A DNA stretch of 64,000 nucleotides, from contig JAKAOF010000003.1 of the NCBI GenBank assembly GCA_021823345.1, positions 23,545 through 87,544 of the forward strand, in the 5' to 3' direction. This document shows positions 9,918 through 18,882 of the stretch, piece after piece. Numbering within the stretch: the stretch's first letter is position 1; each line of letters begins with the position of its first letter. Under the pieces are notes generated by a model. It searched no databases, was not told the DNA's origin, and saw nothing but the letters and a program-made list of their open reading frames with translations. The DNA comes from Thermoplasmata archaeon. GTDB taxonomy: Archaea > Thermoplasmatota > Thermoplasmata > Lutacidiplasmatales > UBA184. A program made the position numbers and the translations under genes.

Positions 9918-10931
9918 CGTGGGGTGCCCGGAAGGTAAGGTGGGCGCCTGGGCCCCCGGGGCCCCGATGGGCCGGGCCCGGCCCGGGGTCGGTGTCCGTA
10001 GGGATCGACGCGTCATCACAATGATCGCGATCACCACGACGGTCAACCCGGCGAGAGCTGGCAGCAACACCTGCTGCGGCCAGTAAAGTGACGCCAGGAT
10101 GAAGACGAACGTGAGGGAAGCGGTCAGGAAGATCGCCCGGATCCCCGGAAGATTCCCGTACGAGGGGGACTTGGACGGGGTCTGCAGCGAGAGCAGGTAG
10201 AGCGGCTTTTCGCCCATGTGCTCGAGGTCCGGGTCGTAGGCCATCCGAGCCCGGTCCACGGCGTCGCTGAAGGGGAGCGCGGAACCCGATCCGGTCTGCG
10301 GCTTCAGCACCGGGGCGAGGGCCCCGACGATCGCGAGCGCACCGAGGACCACGAGGGGTGGGGTCATCGCCGCCTGCAGCGGGAACACGTAGGTGCTCGC
10401 CGTGCAGCTCGCGGGGAACACGGAAGAGAGCGAGAGCCCCAAGAGGTTCGACAGGCTGCACATCTGGGTGATGTTCACCTGGGCGTAGCCCGAGATGAGC
10501 GCGGGGGCGTTCACCGGCACCCCGGTCGACTGCAGCGCCTGCAGGGCCGCCACGATCACGAGCCCGTCCAGGAACGAGAGCTGGAGGGCGGCCATGCGTT
10601 TGCCGGGCGAGCCCTCGGTCTGCCATATCCAGGACTCGATGAGGAAGGGCGAGGCGAGGATGATCCCGGCGGAGATGTCCAGCCCGGGACCCCCCAGGAG
10701 ACTGATGGCGAAGAACCCGAGCACCATGATGAGCACGATGACCCAGAGCCCCGACAAGGTGAGGTACCGTCCCTTCCAGGGGACGAATTGGATGGCGTTG
10801 AGGACGAGCACGGCCCCGAACACTCCGGCGATGAGCGGGTCCCAGGCCGAGTACGAGGTCACCATGAGGAAGCCGAGATAGAGGAAGAGGGGCATGATGA
10901 GCAGGAAGGAAAGGACGCGGTAGCCGTTCAT
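9900..10931 (-). CDS. polytopic integral membrane protein (last gene of the MoxR/DUF58 operon)
   Basis: Multiple TM helices (LSFLLIMPLFLYLGFLMV, VFGAVLVLNAI, LWVIVLIMVLGFFAISLLGG and others). Start chosen at the second Met, giving an ATGA overlap with the DUF58 stop. Confidence 0.5.
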   Translation of the reverse strand: MNGYRVLSFLLIMPLFLYLGFLMVTSYSAWDPLIAGVFGAVLVLNAIQFVPWKGRYLTLSGLWVIVLIMVLGFFAISLLGGPGLDISAGIILASPFLIESWIWQTEGSPGKRMAALQLSFLDGLVIVAALQALQSTGVPVNAPALISGYAQVNITQMCSLSNLLGLSLSSVFPASCTASTYVFPLQAAMTPPLVVLGALAIVGALAPVLKPQTGSGSALPFSDAVDRARMAYDPDLEHMGEKPLYLLSLQTPSKSPSYGNLPGIRAIFLTASLTFVFILASLYWPQQVLLPALAGLTVVVIAIIVMTRRSLRTPTPGRARPIGAPGAQAPTLPSGHPTSATTA

Positions 10932-12259
10932 GCGGCGGCCCCCCAAGCCTTCAGCGTCGAGTAGAGATTCAGGACCTTGACCGTGGCGCCCCGCCGGTCG
11001 TACGGGATCACCGGGATCCCGATGGAACGGATGAGGTGGATCGTTTCACGCGCCCGCAGGGCTTCGGCCGACTGCGCCAGGGCCAGCGTCTGCTGGTCGG
11101 TGGGGCTCGGGAGCGGAGGGTACATCGCGAAGAGTTCCGGGGTAAAGAGGTAAAGCCGGTGGCCGCGGGCGGCGAAGCGGGCGTAGCTGTCGAGGAGCGC
11201 ACGTGAGGGAGGGAGCGCCGAGGCGAACGCGAACACGTGCGTGCGGTCGTCCAGGCGCTTCGTGAGGTAGTCCATCGCCTTGGGCAGGTCGAAGTGGCCG
11301 CGGCCCGCATTGATGAGCGCCATCGCCTCCAAGACCTGGGCCACGTTGCGCGGACCCCGCTTTGGCGGAAGGTAGACGATCGGGTCCGTGGGATAGGCGA
11401 GGAGGCCGATGCGGTCTTCACCGTTGAGGATGTAGCTCGTGAGGAGCGTGGCAGCGTCGACGGCGATATCCATCGCATCCTCCCCCAGGCGCCCGGCGCC
11501 CATGAACGACCCGGTGTCGAGGAGGATGAGGAAGTCCTGTCGCATCTCCTGCTCGAACTCCTTCACGAAGAGCCGCCCTTTCGTGGAATGTTTCCACGCG
11601 ATGGAACGGAAGTCGTCCCCGCCGTTGTATTCTCGGAGGGAACGGAACTCGGTCCCGTACCCGCGTTGACGGAGCACGGTGGTGCCGAGATACTTGGTCC
11701 GGAGTCGCATGGCGAGGTGGCCCGAGGGCATCGAGGGGCTGGAGGGCAGCACGGTCACTTCGTGGCGACTGTCGATGAGGAGGGTGCGGTAGGCGAGACC
11801 GAAGGCGTCGTGCGCCAGGATGTATGTGGGTCCGAGATTGTACGCCCCCCTGCGGTAGGGCCGGAACCCGTAGACGACCCGGAGGTCCTCTCCTGGAGCC
11901 CACCAAGTGAGGACCCGCGGAGAGCCCGCAACCATGCGGAACGTCTGGGGATAGGAGTCCCACACCTCGGCGTAGAACGGCGTGGTGCCGTCATGGATGA
12001 GCCGGAGTCCCATCAGTCCGAGCGCCTTGCGATTGACGCGCTTCGAGGCTTCGAACCGTTCGAGGCGGAACCAGTTCTCCGAAAACCCCCGAGTGGACCA
12101 GGCGAAGGTGAGGTACTCGATGGCGACGAAGGCGATGACCAGGAAGCCCACGGCGAAGAGCAGGAGGTGCAGGGTGTAGAAGGCGAGGAAGAAGGAGATG
12201 ATCCCTCCCGAGATGAGCCCCGTGCCTCGTCCCGACAACGTGGCCAAGCCCGTCGACAT
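10928..12259 (-). CDS. DUF58 family protein (vWA-like partner of MoxR ATPase)
   Basis: N-terminal TM pair (LISGGIISFFLAFYTLHLLLFAVGFLVIAFVAI), then a DUF58-like core (FRSLREYNGGDDFRSIAWKHSTKGRLFVKEFEQE...LILLDTGSFM). Start trimmed to the Met downstream of the MoxR stop. Confidence 0.75.
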   Translation of the reverse strand: MSTGLATLSGRGTGLISGGIISFFLAFYTLHLLLFAVGFLVIAFVAIEYLTFAWSTRGFSENWFRLERFEASKRVNRKALGLMGLRLIHDGTTPFYAEVWDSYPQTFRMVAGSPRVLTWWAPGEDLRVVYGFRPYRRGAYNLGPTYILAHDAFGLAYRTLLIDSRHEVTVLPSSPSMPSGHLAMRLRTKYLGTTVLRQRGYGTEFRSLREYNGGDDFRSIAWKHSTKGRLFVKEFEQEMRQDFLILLDTGSFMGAGRLGEDAMDIAVDAATLLTSYILNGEDRIGLLAYPTDPIVYLPPKRGPRNVAQVLEAMALINAGRGHFDLPKAMDYLTKRLDDRTHVFAFASALPPSRALLDSYARFAARGHRLYLFTPELFAMYPPLPSPTDQQTLALAQSAEALRARETIHLIRSIGIPVIPYDRRGATVKVLNLYSTLKAWGAAA

Positions 12260-12272
12260 GATCGATGCCACT

Positions 12273-13283
12273 TCAACGCGGCGTAGGTACCCGGCTGACG
12301 ATGCTGTTGATGACCCCGGCGTAGAGGGAGGCTCCGTCCTTGAGGGAACTCGACCCCTCCTGCATGGCGAGGACCTCCGGCGAGAGGGTGATCCGGTGAT
12401 TGAGGGCCGGGACCACCATCGAGCGGACGTCATCGGGGACCACGTAGTCCCGTCCCTCGAACAGGGCGAGGGCTTTGACCGCATTGAGGAACTGCACTCC
12501 GGCCCGGGGGGAGGCCCCAATGAGGATGCGGGGGTCCGTTCGTGTCGTACGGATGATGCCGGCGAGGTAGGAGATCACATCGCTGTTGACAAAGACGCCC
12601 TTGCGTAGTTCCTGCATCTGGTCGATGTCGGCGGACTCGACCACGCTCGTGGTCGGTTCCAGCACCGACTCCCCGGCGCGTTGCGACAGGAGCTTCACCT
12701 CGTCCTCCTCCGAGGGGTAGTCGACGATCAGCCGGAAGAGGAACCGGTCCAGCTCGGCTTCGGGCAAGGGGTACGTCCCTTCCTGTTCCACCGGGTTCTG
12801 GGTGGCGATCACGATGAACGGGGAAGGAAGCGGGTAGGTGTGTCCCTCCATGGTGACCTGATGCTCCTGCATGGCCTCGAGCAACGCGGATTGGACCTTC
12901 GGGGGGGCCCGGTTGATTTCATCCGCCAAGATCACGTTGGCGAAGATGGGCCCGGGGCGGAACTCGAACCCCTGCGTCTTCGGGTTGAGGACGATCACTC
13001 CCATGACATCCGCCGGCAGCATGTCCGGGGTGAACTGGATCCGGCGGAACTCAAGGTTGAGTGTCTTGGCGAACGTCCGCACGAGGTAGGTCTTGGCCAG
13101 TCCGGGAACGCCCTCGAGCAGCACATGACCCCCGGCCACCAGGGCGACCGCGAGCGACTTCACCAGACGTTCCTGGCCGACGACCGCTCCTCCGATGGAA
13201 AGTTGTAAGGAATTGAGGGTGCGTCGCGGATCGACCAAGACCGTTTTCGAGGCGTCCTCCACGCTCGCAGGAGTATTCTTCAC
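12273..13283 (-). CDS. MoxR-like AAA+ ATPase
   Basis: LLEGVPGLAKT (Walker A), VILADEINRAPPKVQSALLEAMQE (Walker B/sensor), VIATQNP. GTG start overlapping the upstream stop (GTGA). Confidence 0.9.
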   Translation of the reverse strand: MKNTPASVEDASKTVLVDPRRTLNSLQLSIGGAVVGQERLVKSLAVALVAGGHVLLEGVPGLAKTYLVRTFAKTLNLEFRRIQFTPDMLPADVMGVIVLNPKTQGFEFRPGPIFANVILADEINRAPPKVQSALLEAMQEHQVTMEGHTYPLPSPFIVIATQNPVEQEGTYPLPEAELDRFLFRLIVDYPSEEDEVKLLSQRAGESVLEPTTSVVESADIDQMQELRKGVFVNSDVISYLAGIIRTTRTDPRILIGASPRAGVQFLNAVKALALFEGRDYVVPDDVRSMVVPALNHRITLSPEVLAMQEGSSSLKDGASLYAGVINSIVSRVPTPR

Positions 13284-13795
13284 TGGCCCCAGAGCTCCGG
13301 CACCCTCAGCCGCAGTTTTGACATCGCCATGGAGAGCTTGCGGTCATACGTACCGATCCTCCGTCCCCAGATCAGGTCCCCGGTCATGGAGCCCGCTGAA
13401 CGGTTGTCGAGACGGATGGCTTGGTAGTATAGGTCCAGCAGGGCCTTGTCGATGTTGATGAGCTCCCGGTGGCGGGGAATGCCCAGCTTGGCGGCCTTGC
13501 TCCGGCGCCAGGGGATCTGGTAGGGGTAGCGGTGGTAGCGGCGGTGCACGCCCTCGGACCACCGATGGTAGATGTACTGAGTGACCGTGGTGCGCGAGCC
13601 GCTGGCGATCGACCAGTAGAGCATGGAGACCTGATCGGGGGAAGGGTCGCGCCAGACCGGTCGGGGCCACATCGTGGGCGGGTCGACCTTCGGCATGGTG
13701 AGTGCCCAGGCCAGCGCCGACACCAAGAGCAGGACCAGGGGAAGACCGAAGCTCCAGGAAGTGAGGAGCGCGGTGAGGAAGCTGATCGGGTCCAT
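13280..13795 (-). CDS. single-pass membrane protein, possibly DUF4129-like, upstream of MoxR
   Basis: TM segment ISFLTALLTSWSFGLPLVLLLVSALAWAL followed by a basic/aromatic domain (YHRWSEGVHRRYHRYPYQIPWRRSKAAKLGIPRHRE). Start set at the internal Met to avoid overlap with the upstream gene. The DUF4129 resemblance is from memory only. Confidence 0.4.
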   Translation of the reverse strand: MDPISFLTALLTSWSFGLPLVLLLVSALAWALTMPKVDPPTMWPRPVWRDPSPDQVSMLYWSIASGSRTTVTQYIYHRWSEGVHRRYHRYPYQIPWRRSKAAKLGIPRHRELINIDKALLDLYYQAIRLDNRSAGSMTGDLIWGRRIGTYDRKLSMAMSKLRLRVPELWGQ

Positions 13796-13820
13796 GAGAA
13801 AGTTCGGCCGCTCCCCGGAT

Positions 13821-14392
13821 TCACGGAGGACGCTGGTACGCCTCCTCGGTATGGACGTAGAGATTGGAACTCGCGAGCTTGCGTTCCCCCGGGAGTGGCG
13901 GGCTCTCTCCACTCGGTTGGGTCACGTAGATCTGCGAATCCTTGAGCCGGACCCCGGACCTTCCGCGTCGAGAGGACACCTCCGGGGAACTGGAAGAGAC
14001 CTGCTGGGCGTAGAGCCGCCACATAGGCTCTGCGGAGTAGATGCTCTGGAGCAGACCGACCACATCCCCCTCGTGGGTCTTGTTGCCGGGCTTACCGAAG
14101 CGGACCGGCTCGTAAAGCTCGTAGAACTGTTCGAACAGGGCGGGCAAGTACCCTCCCACATTCTTCAGCTCTCGGAAGAGGATGTCCTTGTTGGTCAACG
14201 TCGTGGAGAAGACCACCTTGAACGCACGCTGGAAGTCATAGAGCGCGGCCTGGAACCCGTAGCGAACCGCCTCCGGATAATTGCTCCGCACCAGACACTG
14301 CTTTACCGCCGTGATGACCGGGATCTCGACGGGGCGCACGGTCTCGACATAGACCTGATTATCTCCCGCCTTCTTCTTGAAGAGGGTCATGC
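13821..14392 (-). CDS. hypothetical protein (first gene of the MoxR operon)
   Basis: MTLFKKKAGDNQVYVETVRPVEIPVITAVKQ...TNKDILFRELKNVGGYLPALFEQFYELY. Coding-like composition. Family not recognised. Confidence 0.4.
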
Positions 14393-14619
14393 CGCACCCA
14401 CAGTATTGCCTCCTTTGGCGCTCAAAGTACAATCATGGAGACATAAAGCTGCGCCCCCGGAGCGATACTACGAGCAGGTTCCGCGTGGGGGGACGGCAGT
14501 TGGACGCAATACTCGGTCCGAAGTAGCGCAACGAACCCCATTAGGTCGACCGGGGCCGTTGCGTGTTGTCGTCCCCCCCAACCTTTTCATCCCCCGGGGG
14601 AGTCCGTGGAAGTGGAAAG

Positions 14620-15351
14620 ATGGGTATCTCACAACTCGCCGCGCAACTCGAGAGGGCCGTGGCGAGGTGTCGCCCCGGTGCGGGGAGCGCCACGCTCCTC
14701 TTCTCGGGGGGGCTGGATTCGTCACTGGTCGCGTACCTGGCGGCACGGCAGGGAACTCCCCTCAATCTCGTGACGATCGGAGTTCCGCCGAGCGGGGACC
14801 TCGAGCGCGCCGCTTCCGCCGCAGAGATCCTGGGGCAGAAGGTTCGCCAATACGAGGTGGGGAAGACGGAGGTGCGGGAATCCTACGACCGGGGGACGCG
14901 GCGACAGCCGACCCTCGGACGGACCGACCGTTCGGTCCAAGTGGCGATGGACCTCGCGCTTTCCCGGGTCGAAGATTCCTGGGTGATCTGTGGGCAAGGG
15001 GCCGATGAGCTCTTTCTGGGCTACCTCCACACGTACCAGCTTTCGGGGGACCCCATGGTCGAGCGGGCAGAGGCGGATCTCCGGAAGCTCACTGAACGGG
15101 ACTGGCCCCTCACCCTCGAGCTGGCGAAATCCTACGGAAAGACGCTGGTCAGCCCCTACCTGGATCCCGGATTCCTTGCGGAGGTCGCCACGGTTCCCTG
15201 GTCCGATCGGAAGGGAGCTGAGCGCAAGTCGATGCTGCGAGCGGTGGCCACGGAGGTCGGTCTTCCCCCCAGTCTGGTCGGGCGTCCCAAGAAGGCGTTC
15301 CAGTACGGGAGCGGGATCGACCGGATCCTTCGGTCGTTCGCTGATCGTTAA
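14620..15351 (+). CDS. PP-loop ATP pyrophosphatase, NadE-like (NAD+ synthetase family?)
   Basis: LLFSGGLDSSLVAYLA (SGGxDS PP-loop), then ICGQGADELFLGYLHTYQLSGDP, which resembles the NadE ...E..LGY.TK.GDG signature. About 244 aa. Confidence 0.55.
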   Translation: MGISQLAAQLERAVARCRPGAGSATLLFSGGLDSSLVAYLAARQGTPLNLVTIGVPPSGDLERAASAAEILGQKVRQYEVGKTEVRESYDRGTRRQPTLGRTDRSVQVAMDLALSRVEDSWVICGQGADELFLGYLHTYQLSGDPMVERAEADLRKLTERDWPLTLELAKSYGKTLVSPYLDPGFLAEVATVPWSDRKGAERKSMLRAVATEVGLPPSLVGRPKKAFQYGSGIDRILRSFADR

Positions 15352-16301
15352 CCTTCGATCACGGTCCCGGCCTTTCCGCGGAGCGCCCGCGGCAGCCCGT
15401 AGGCATCCGTGATGACCGCTCGCTTTCCGCCTTGAGCAAGGAACTGCAGGGCGGCCTCGACCTTGGGCTTCATGCTTCCTTCCCCGAACTCCCCATGGGC
15501 GAGGTGCTGTTGGAGCTCCTCGGGGGCCACCCTACCCAGTTCTCGCTCGTGGGAGGTGCCGAAGCCGATGAGCGCATGGGACACATCCGTCACGATCGCG
15601 AGATACTCGGCGTGCACGGTCGTGGCGAGGAGGGCGGCGGTCCGGTCCTTGTCGATGACCGCATCCACCTCCTCGAGCGCACCGTTGCGTCGACGAACGA
15701 CCGGGATCCCCCCGCCCCCTCCGGCGATGAACACCGTCGAGGAGCCAAACCCGGAATTGAACAGCCGACGGAGGGTCGCCCCTTCGATCACGTCGATCGG
15801 GAGGGGAGAGGGAACCAGCCGGCGCCACCCTCCCCGACGGGGATCATGGCCCATCGCCCATCCGAACTGCTTCTTGAGGAGACGGGCTTCGTTCTCAGAG
15901 TAGAACGGACCGACGGGCTTGCTGGGGTGCCGGAACGAGGGGTCCTGGGCAGAGACGAGCGAACGCGTGACGATCGGGACGACCGAGTGACCCAGTCCTT
16001 CCTTCTCGATCGCCGAGGTAAGCACCTGAGCGATGAGGAACCCGATCCACCCTTCCGTCATTCCTCCGAGCGCACTCATCGGCAGCGGGGCCACCCGGGA
16101 CTTTGCGAGCTCCTGCTGGACGAGGAGCGAGCCCACTTGCGGACCGTTGCCGTGCGTGATGAGCAGCTCGTCGCCCTGGTTCAGCAGCCCGACCAGGGGG
16201 GCCGTCACCGAACGCATGTTGCGCAGGGCCTCCCCCCAGGTTCCCGTCTCCCCGGCCTTGGAAAGGGCGTTCCCCCCGAGGGCGACCACGACGCGCGCCA
16301 T
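15348..16301 (-). CDS. arcC: carbamate kinase
   Basis: MARVVVALGGNAL...ITHGNGPQVG...FIAGGGGGIPVV...KDRTAALLA, the amino-acid-kinase-fold carbamate kinase signature. Confidence 0.85.
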   Translation of the reverse strand: MARVVVALGGNALSKAGETGTWGEALRNMRSVTAPLVGLLNQGDELLITHGNGPQVGSLLVQQELAKSRVAPLPMSALGGMTEGWIGFLIAQVLTSAIEKEGLGHSVVPIVTRSLVSAQDPSFRHPSKPVGPFYSENEARLLKKQFGWAMGHDPRRGGWRRLVPSPLPIDVIEGATLRRLFNSGFGSSTVFIAGGGGGIPVVRRRNGALEEVDAVIDKDRTAALLATTVHAEYLAIVTDVSHALIGFGTSHERELGRVAPEELQQHLAHGEFGEGSMKPKVEAALQFLAQGGKRAVITDAYGLPRALRGKAGTVIEG

Positions 16302-16408
16302 GAACGGGGCACTCTACATCGGGGGACTCTTAACTCTGGCCCCGGGGGGTGTTCGACGGTTCACACGAAACTTATTATGCCGGTTAGGTTGGGCTCCTCA
16401 GGTCGAAC

Positions 16409-16846
16409 GTGGGCGGAGACAGTTCCCTTGAGTATTCGGCGCTGCTGGACCGCGCCCTCTCCCAGCTGAAGCCTTCGGGCGACAAGGGAGAGCGGTTTGT
16501 CATCCCGCAGGCTGAGATCATGTACGATGGCCGCAACACCGTGCTGCGCAACCTCAAGGAGATCTCAGAGAAGCTGCGCCGGGACCCCTCCCACATGATG
16601 AACTACCTTTCTCGCGAGTTCGGATGCCAAGGCGTCATTGACGGCCCCCGGGGGGTCCTCAAGAGCAAGGTGGCGGCGGACCAGGTGAACGGCAAGGTTC
16701 GCAACTACACCACCAAGTTCGTGATGTGCCTCGAGTGCAAGCGACCCGATACCCACATCGATCGGGTCGGCCGCGTGCACATGCTCATCTGTGAGTCCTG
16801 CGGCGCTCAACGACCGGTGCCACAGCTTCGGTCCAAAGAGGCATGA
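16409..16846 (+). CDS. eif2b: translation initiation factor 2 subunit beta (aIF2-beta)
   Basis: LEYSALLDRALSQL...NYLSREFGCQGVIDG...C4 zinc ribbon CLECKRPDT...CESCGA. GTG start. Confidence 0.85.
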   Translation: MGGDSSLEYSALLDRALSQLKPSGDKGERFVIPQAEIMYDGRNTVLRNLKEISEKLRRDPSHMMNYLSREFGCQGVIDGPRGVLKSKVAADQVNGKVRNYTTKFVMCLECKRPDTHIDRVGRVHMLICESCGAQRPVPQLRSKEA

Positions 16847-17808
16847 GCTACCTCAAGCAAGTGGGCCTGCCCTTCATCTACGTCGGGGTGCAAGCGGTCG
16901 CCCTCATCCTCGCTTTCCCCTTCATCCACGCCGGGCTCCAGGCGGCGGCGACGCCGAACTCTCCCTCGAGCATCATCCCGCTCCTCATCGCGATCATTGT
17001 CGCCCCCCTGCTCATCATCCTCTTCGCCAAGAGCGCACCGACCTCGCTCGGATCGATCCGCTTCCTGTTCACCGGGGTGATCTGCCTCTCGATCCTGATC
17101 ACGCTGCAACCCGCCATCGCGCTCGTGTTGCCGACCCCGTGGGGTTTCTCCGACGGTCTCTCCTTCGACATGTCGGTGTACATCGCCGTGCTCGTGGCCT
17201 CCTTGTGCTTCCTCGCCCTCCTCTTGGAACCGCAGTGGTATGTCGTGGACAGCGTGGGTTTCCTCGCAGGAGGGGCGCTCACGGCCCTTCTCGGGATATT
17301 CATCGGGGTCCTATGGGCCCTCGTCTTCTTGGCGATCCTGATGGTGTATGACGCGATCGCGGTCTACTGGACGAAGCACATGATCTCGCTCGCGGACGTG
17401 GTCAGCGACATGAAACTGCCCATCCTCATGGTGATGCCTTCAGAACCGTCTTTCGACTACACGCAGGTCTCCCTCAAGGATCACCGGGACAAGGTGAAGG
17501 CCCGGCCCGAGGAGCGCGAAGCCCTGTTCATGGGCTTGGGAGATGCGGTGATCCCGGGAGTATTGGTGGTCAGCAGTTACGTGTTCCTGCCGCAGACCCA
17601 TATCTTCGGCGGGATCCCGGCGAGCCTCATCACCGCCCTGTGCGTGATGGCGGGTTCCCTCGTCGGATATGTGGTCCTCATGCGGGCCGTTTCGAGCGGC
17701 AATCCCCAGGCGGGACTCCCGTTCCTCAATGGGGGAGCGATCGCGGGCTTCCTCATCAGCTACCCGTTGATCTTCCACTCGTTCACCTACGGCATCACCT
17801 GGCCCTAG
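16843..17808 (+). CDS. presenilin/signal-peptide-peptidase homolog (A22 intramembrane aspartyl protease)
   Basis: 9-TM layout with catalytic motifs MVYDAIAVYW (YD) and FMGLGDAVIPG (GLGD), plus a PAL-like AGLPFL near the C-terminus. Confidence 0.7.
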   Translation: MSYLKQVGLPFIYVGVQAVALILAFPFIHAGLQAAATPNSPSSIIPLLIAIIVAPLLIILFAKSAPTSLGSIRFLFTGVICLSILITLQPAIALVLPTPWGFSDGLSFDMSVYIAVLVASLCFLALLLEPQWYVVDSVGFLAGGALTALLGIFIGVLWALVFLAILMVYDAIAVYWTKHMISLADVVSDMKLPILMVMPSEPSFDYTQVSLKDHRDKVKARPEEREALFMGLGDAVIPGVLVVSSYVFLPQTHIFGGIPASLITALCVMAGSLVGYVVLMRAVSSGNPQAGLPFLNGGAIAGFLISYPLIFHSFTYGITWP

Positions 17809-17835
17809 CGCGGCGCGCACTCGGTCGGACCTAAC

Positions 17836-18303
17836 CTACGGATTCCGGGGCAGGGCGCCTTCCGGTACCATCGGCGGGGTGAAGCGCTCCCCCATCCGGG
17901 CCGTCCCGTGGCTGAGTTCGTCGATCTCCCGCTCGAGCCATTGCCAGAACTGCCGTTCGAACTCGTGGGCCATCAGGATCCCTGCACCGGCTCCCCCCGC
18001 GGCTCCCACGACCCCGAGAAGGATGAACCCCTCGAGGGCGGGGATCGCCACGTCCCGACCCCAGGCGCCGGTGCGAAGCGTGACCTCGAGGTTGTTCTTG
18101 GACTCGATGAGGTCGACCTCCACATCCCTCACGGCCCCGATCGCGGTCCGGACCATCCCGCGCTTGAAACCCCGCAACACCTTGTAGTGGGGGAGGTCTT
18201 CCTCCAGCCGTACTTCCATCCCACGCGACCTGAGGTGGCTCAGGATCGAAGTGGCGAGGGAATCGAATCCGACGTTCTCGAGCACCACTCGCTCGTGCTT
18301 CAT
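17836..18303 (-). CDS. hypothetical protein
   Basis: 155 aa ORF with one Gly/Ala-rich hydrophobic stretch (ILLGVVGAAGGAGAGILMA). No family recognised. Confidence 0.4.
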   Translation of the reverse strand: MKHERVVLENVGFDSLATSILSHLRSRGMEVRLEEDLPHYKVLRGFKRGMVRTAIGAVRDVEVDLIESKNNLEVTLRTGAWGRDVAIPALEGFILLGVVGAAGGAGAGILMAHEFERQFWQWLEREIDELSHGTARMGERFTPPMVPEGALPRNP

Positions 18304-18333
18304 CTGGCCTAACCCTGGAAGCGAACGGTGCCG

Positions 18334-18774
18334 CTAACGGCCGGTGCTCCCAAACCCCCCGGTGCGGTTGCCTCGGGTGGGCACGCGTCCCCAGCGAGCG
18401 GTCGGTGCCGGATTCGGGACGACCCGGACCTGGGCGATCCGGTCCCCGGCGCGGATCGGGTAGCTCTCGCCGAAGAGCAGTGCCAGCGGCACCTTGACCT
18501 CGAGGGCATAGTCGCGGTCGATCGTTCCGGGAGCGTTCACCATGATGACCCCCCGGCTCGAAAGTCCGCTGCGAGGGCGGACTTCCAGGAAGGTGCCCCG
18601 GGGAGGACGCATCTTGAGCCCGGTGCGCACGAGGGTCACTTGGCCCGGAAGGAGCACCGTGTCCTCCGCGGAGTGGAGGTCAAGGCACGCGCTCTCGTCT
18701 GTGGCTCGGATCGGGAGCTGCGCATGGGGTGCATCCTTGACTTTTTCGAACAGGATCTCTCCACGTCGGGGCAT
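18334..18774 (-). CDS. dut: dUTP diphosphatase
   Basis: GTIDRDYALEVKV (motif III GxIDxDYRGE-like) and C-terminal RGNRTGGFGSTGR (motif V). Confidence 0.75.
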   Translation of the reverse strand: MPRRGEILFEKVKDAPHAQLPIRATDESACLDLHSAEDTVLLPGQVTLVRTGLKMRPPRGTFLEVRPRSGLSSRGVIMVNAPGTIDRDYALEVKVPLALLFGESYPIRAGDRIAQVRVVPNPAPTARWGRVPTRGNRTGGFGSTGR

Positions 18775-18882
18775 GTGGGCTCCCATCGGAACCCGGTTAT
18801 TGAGCGTTGCGCCAACGGGGAAGACGCACCGCCCGCTTCCGTTCGGGCCCAGTTATAACCGCCAAGGTCTCTCTCTCCTCGT

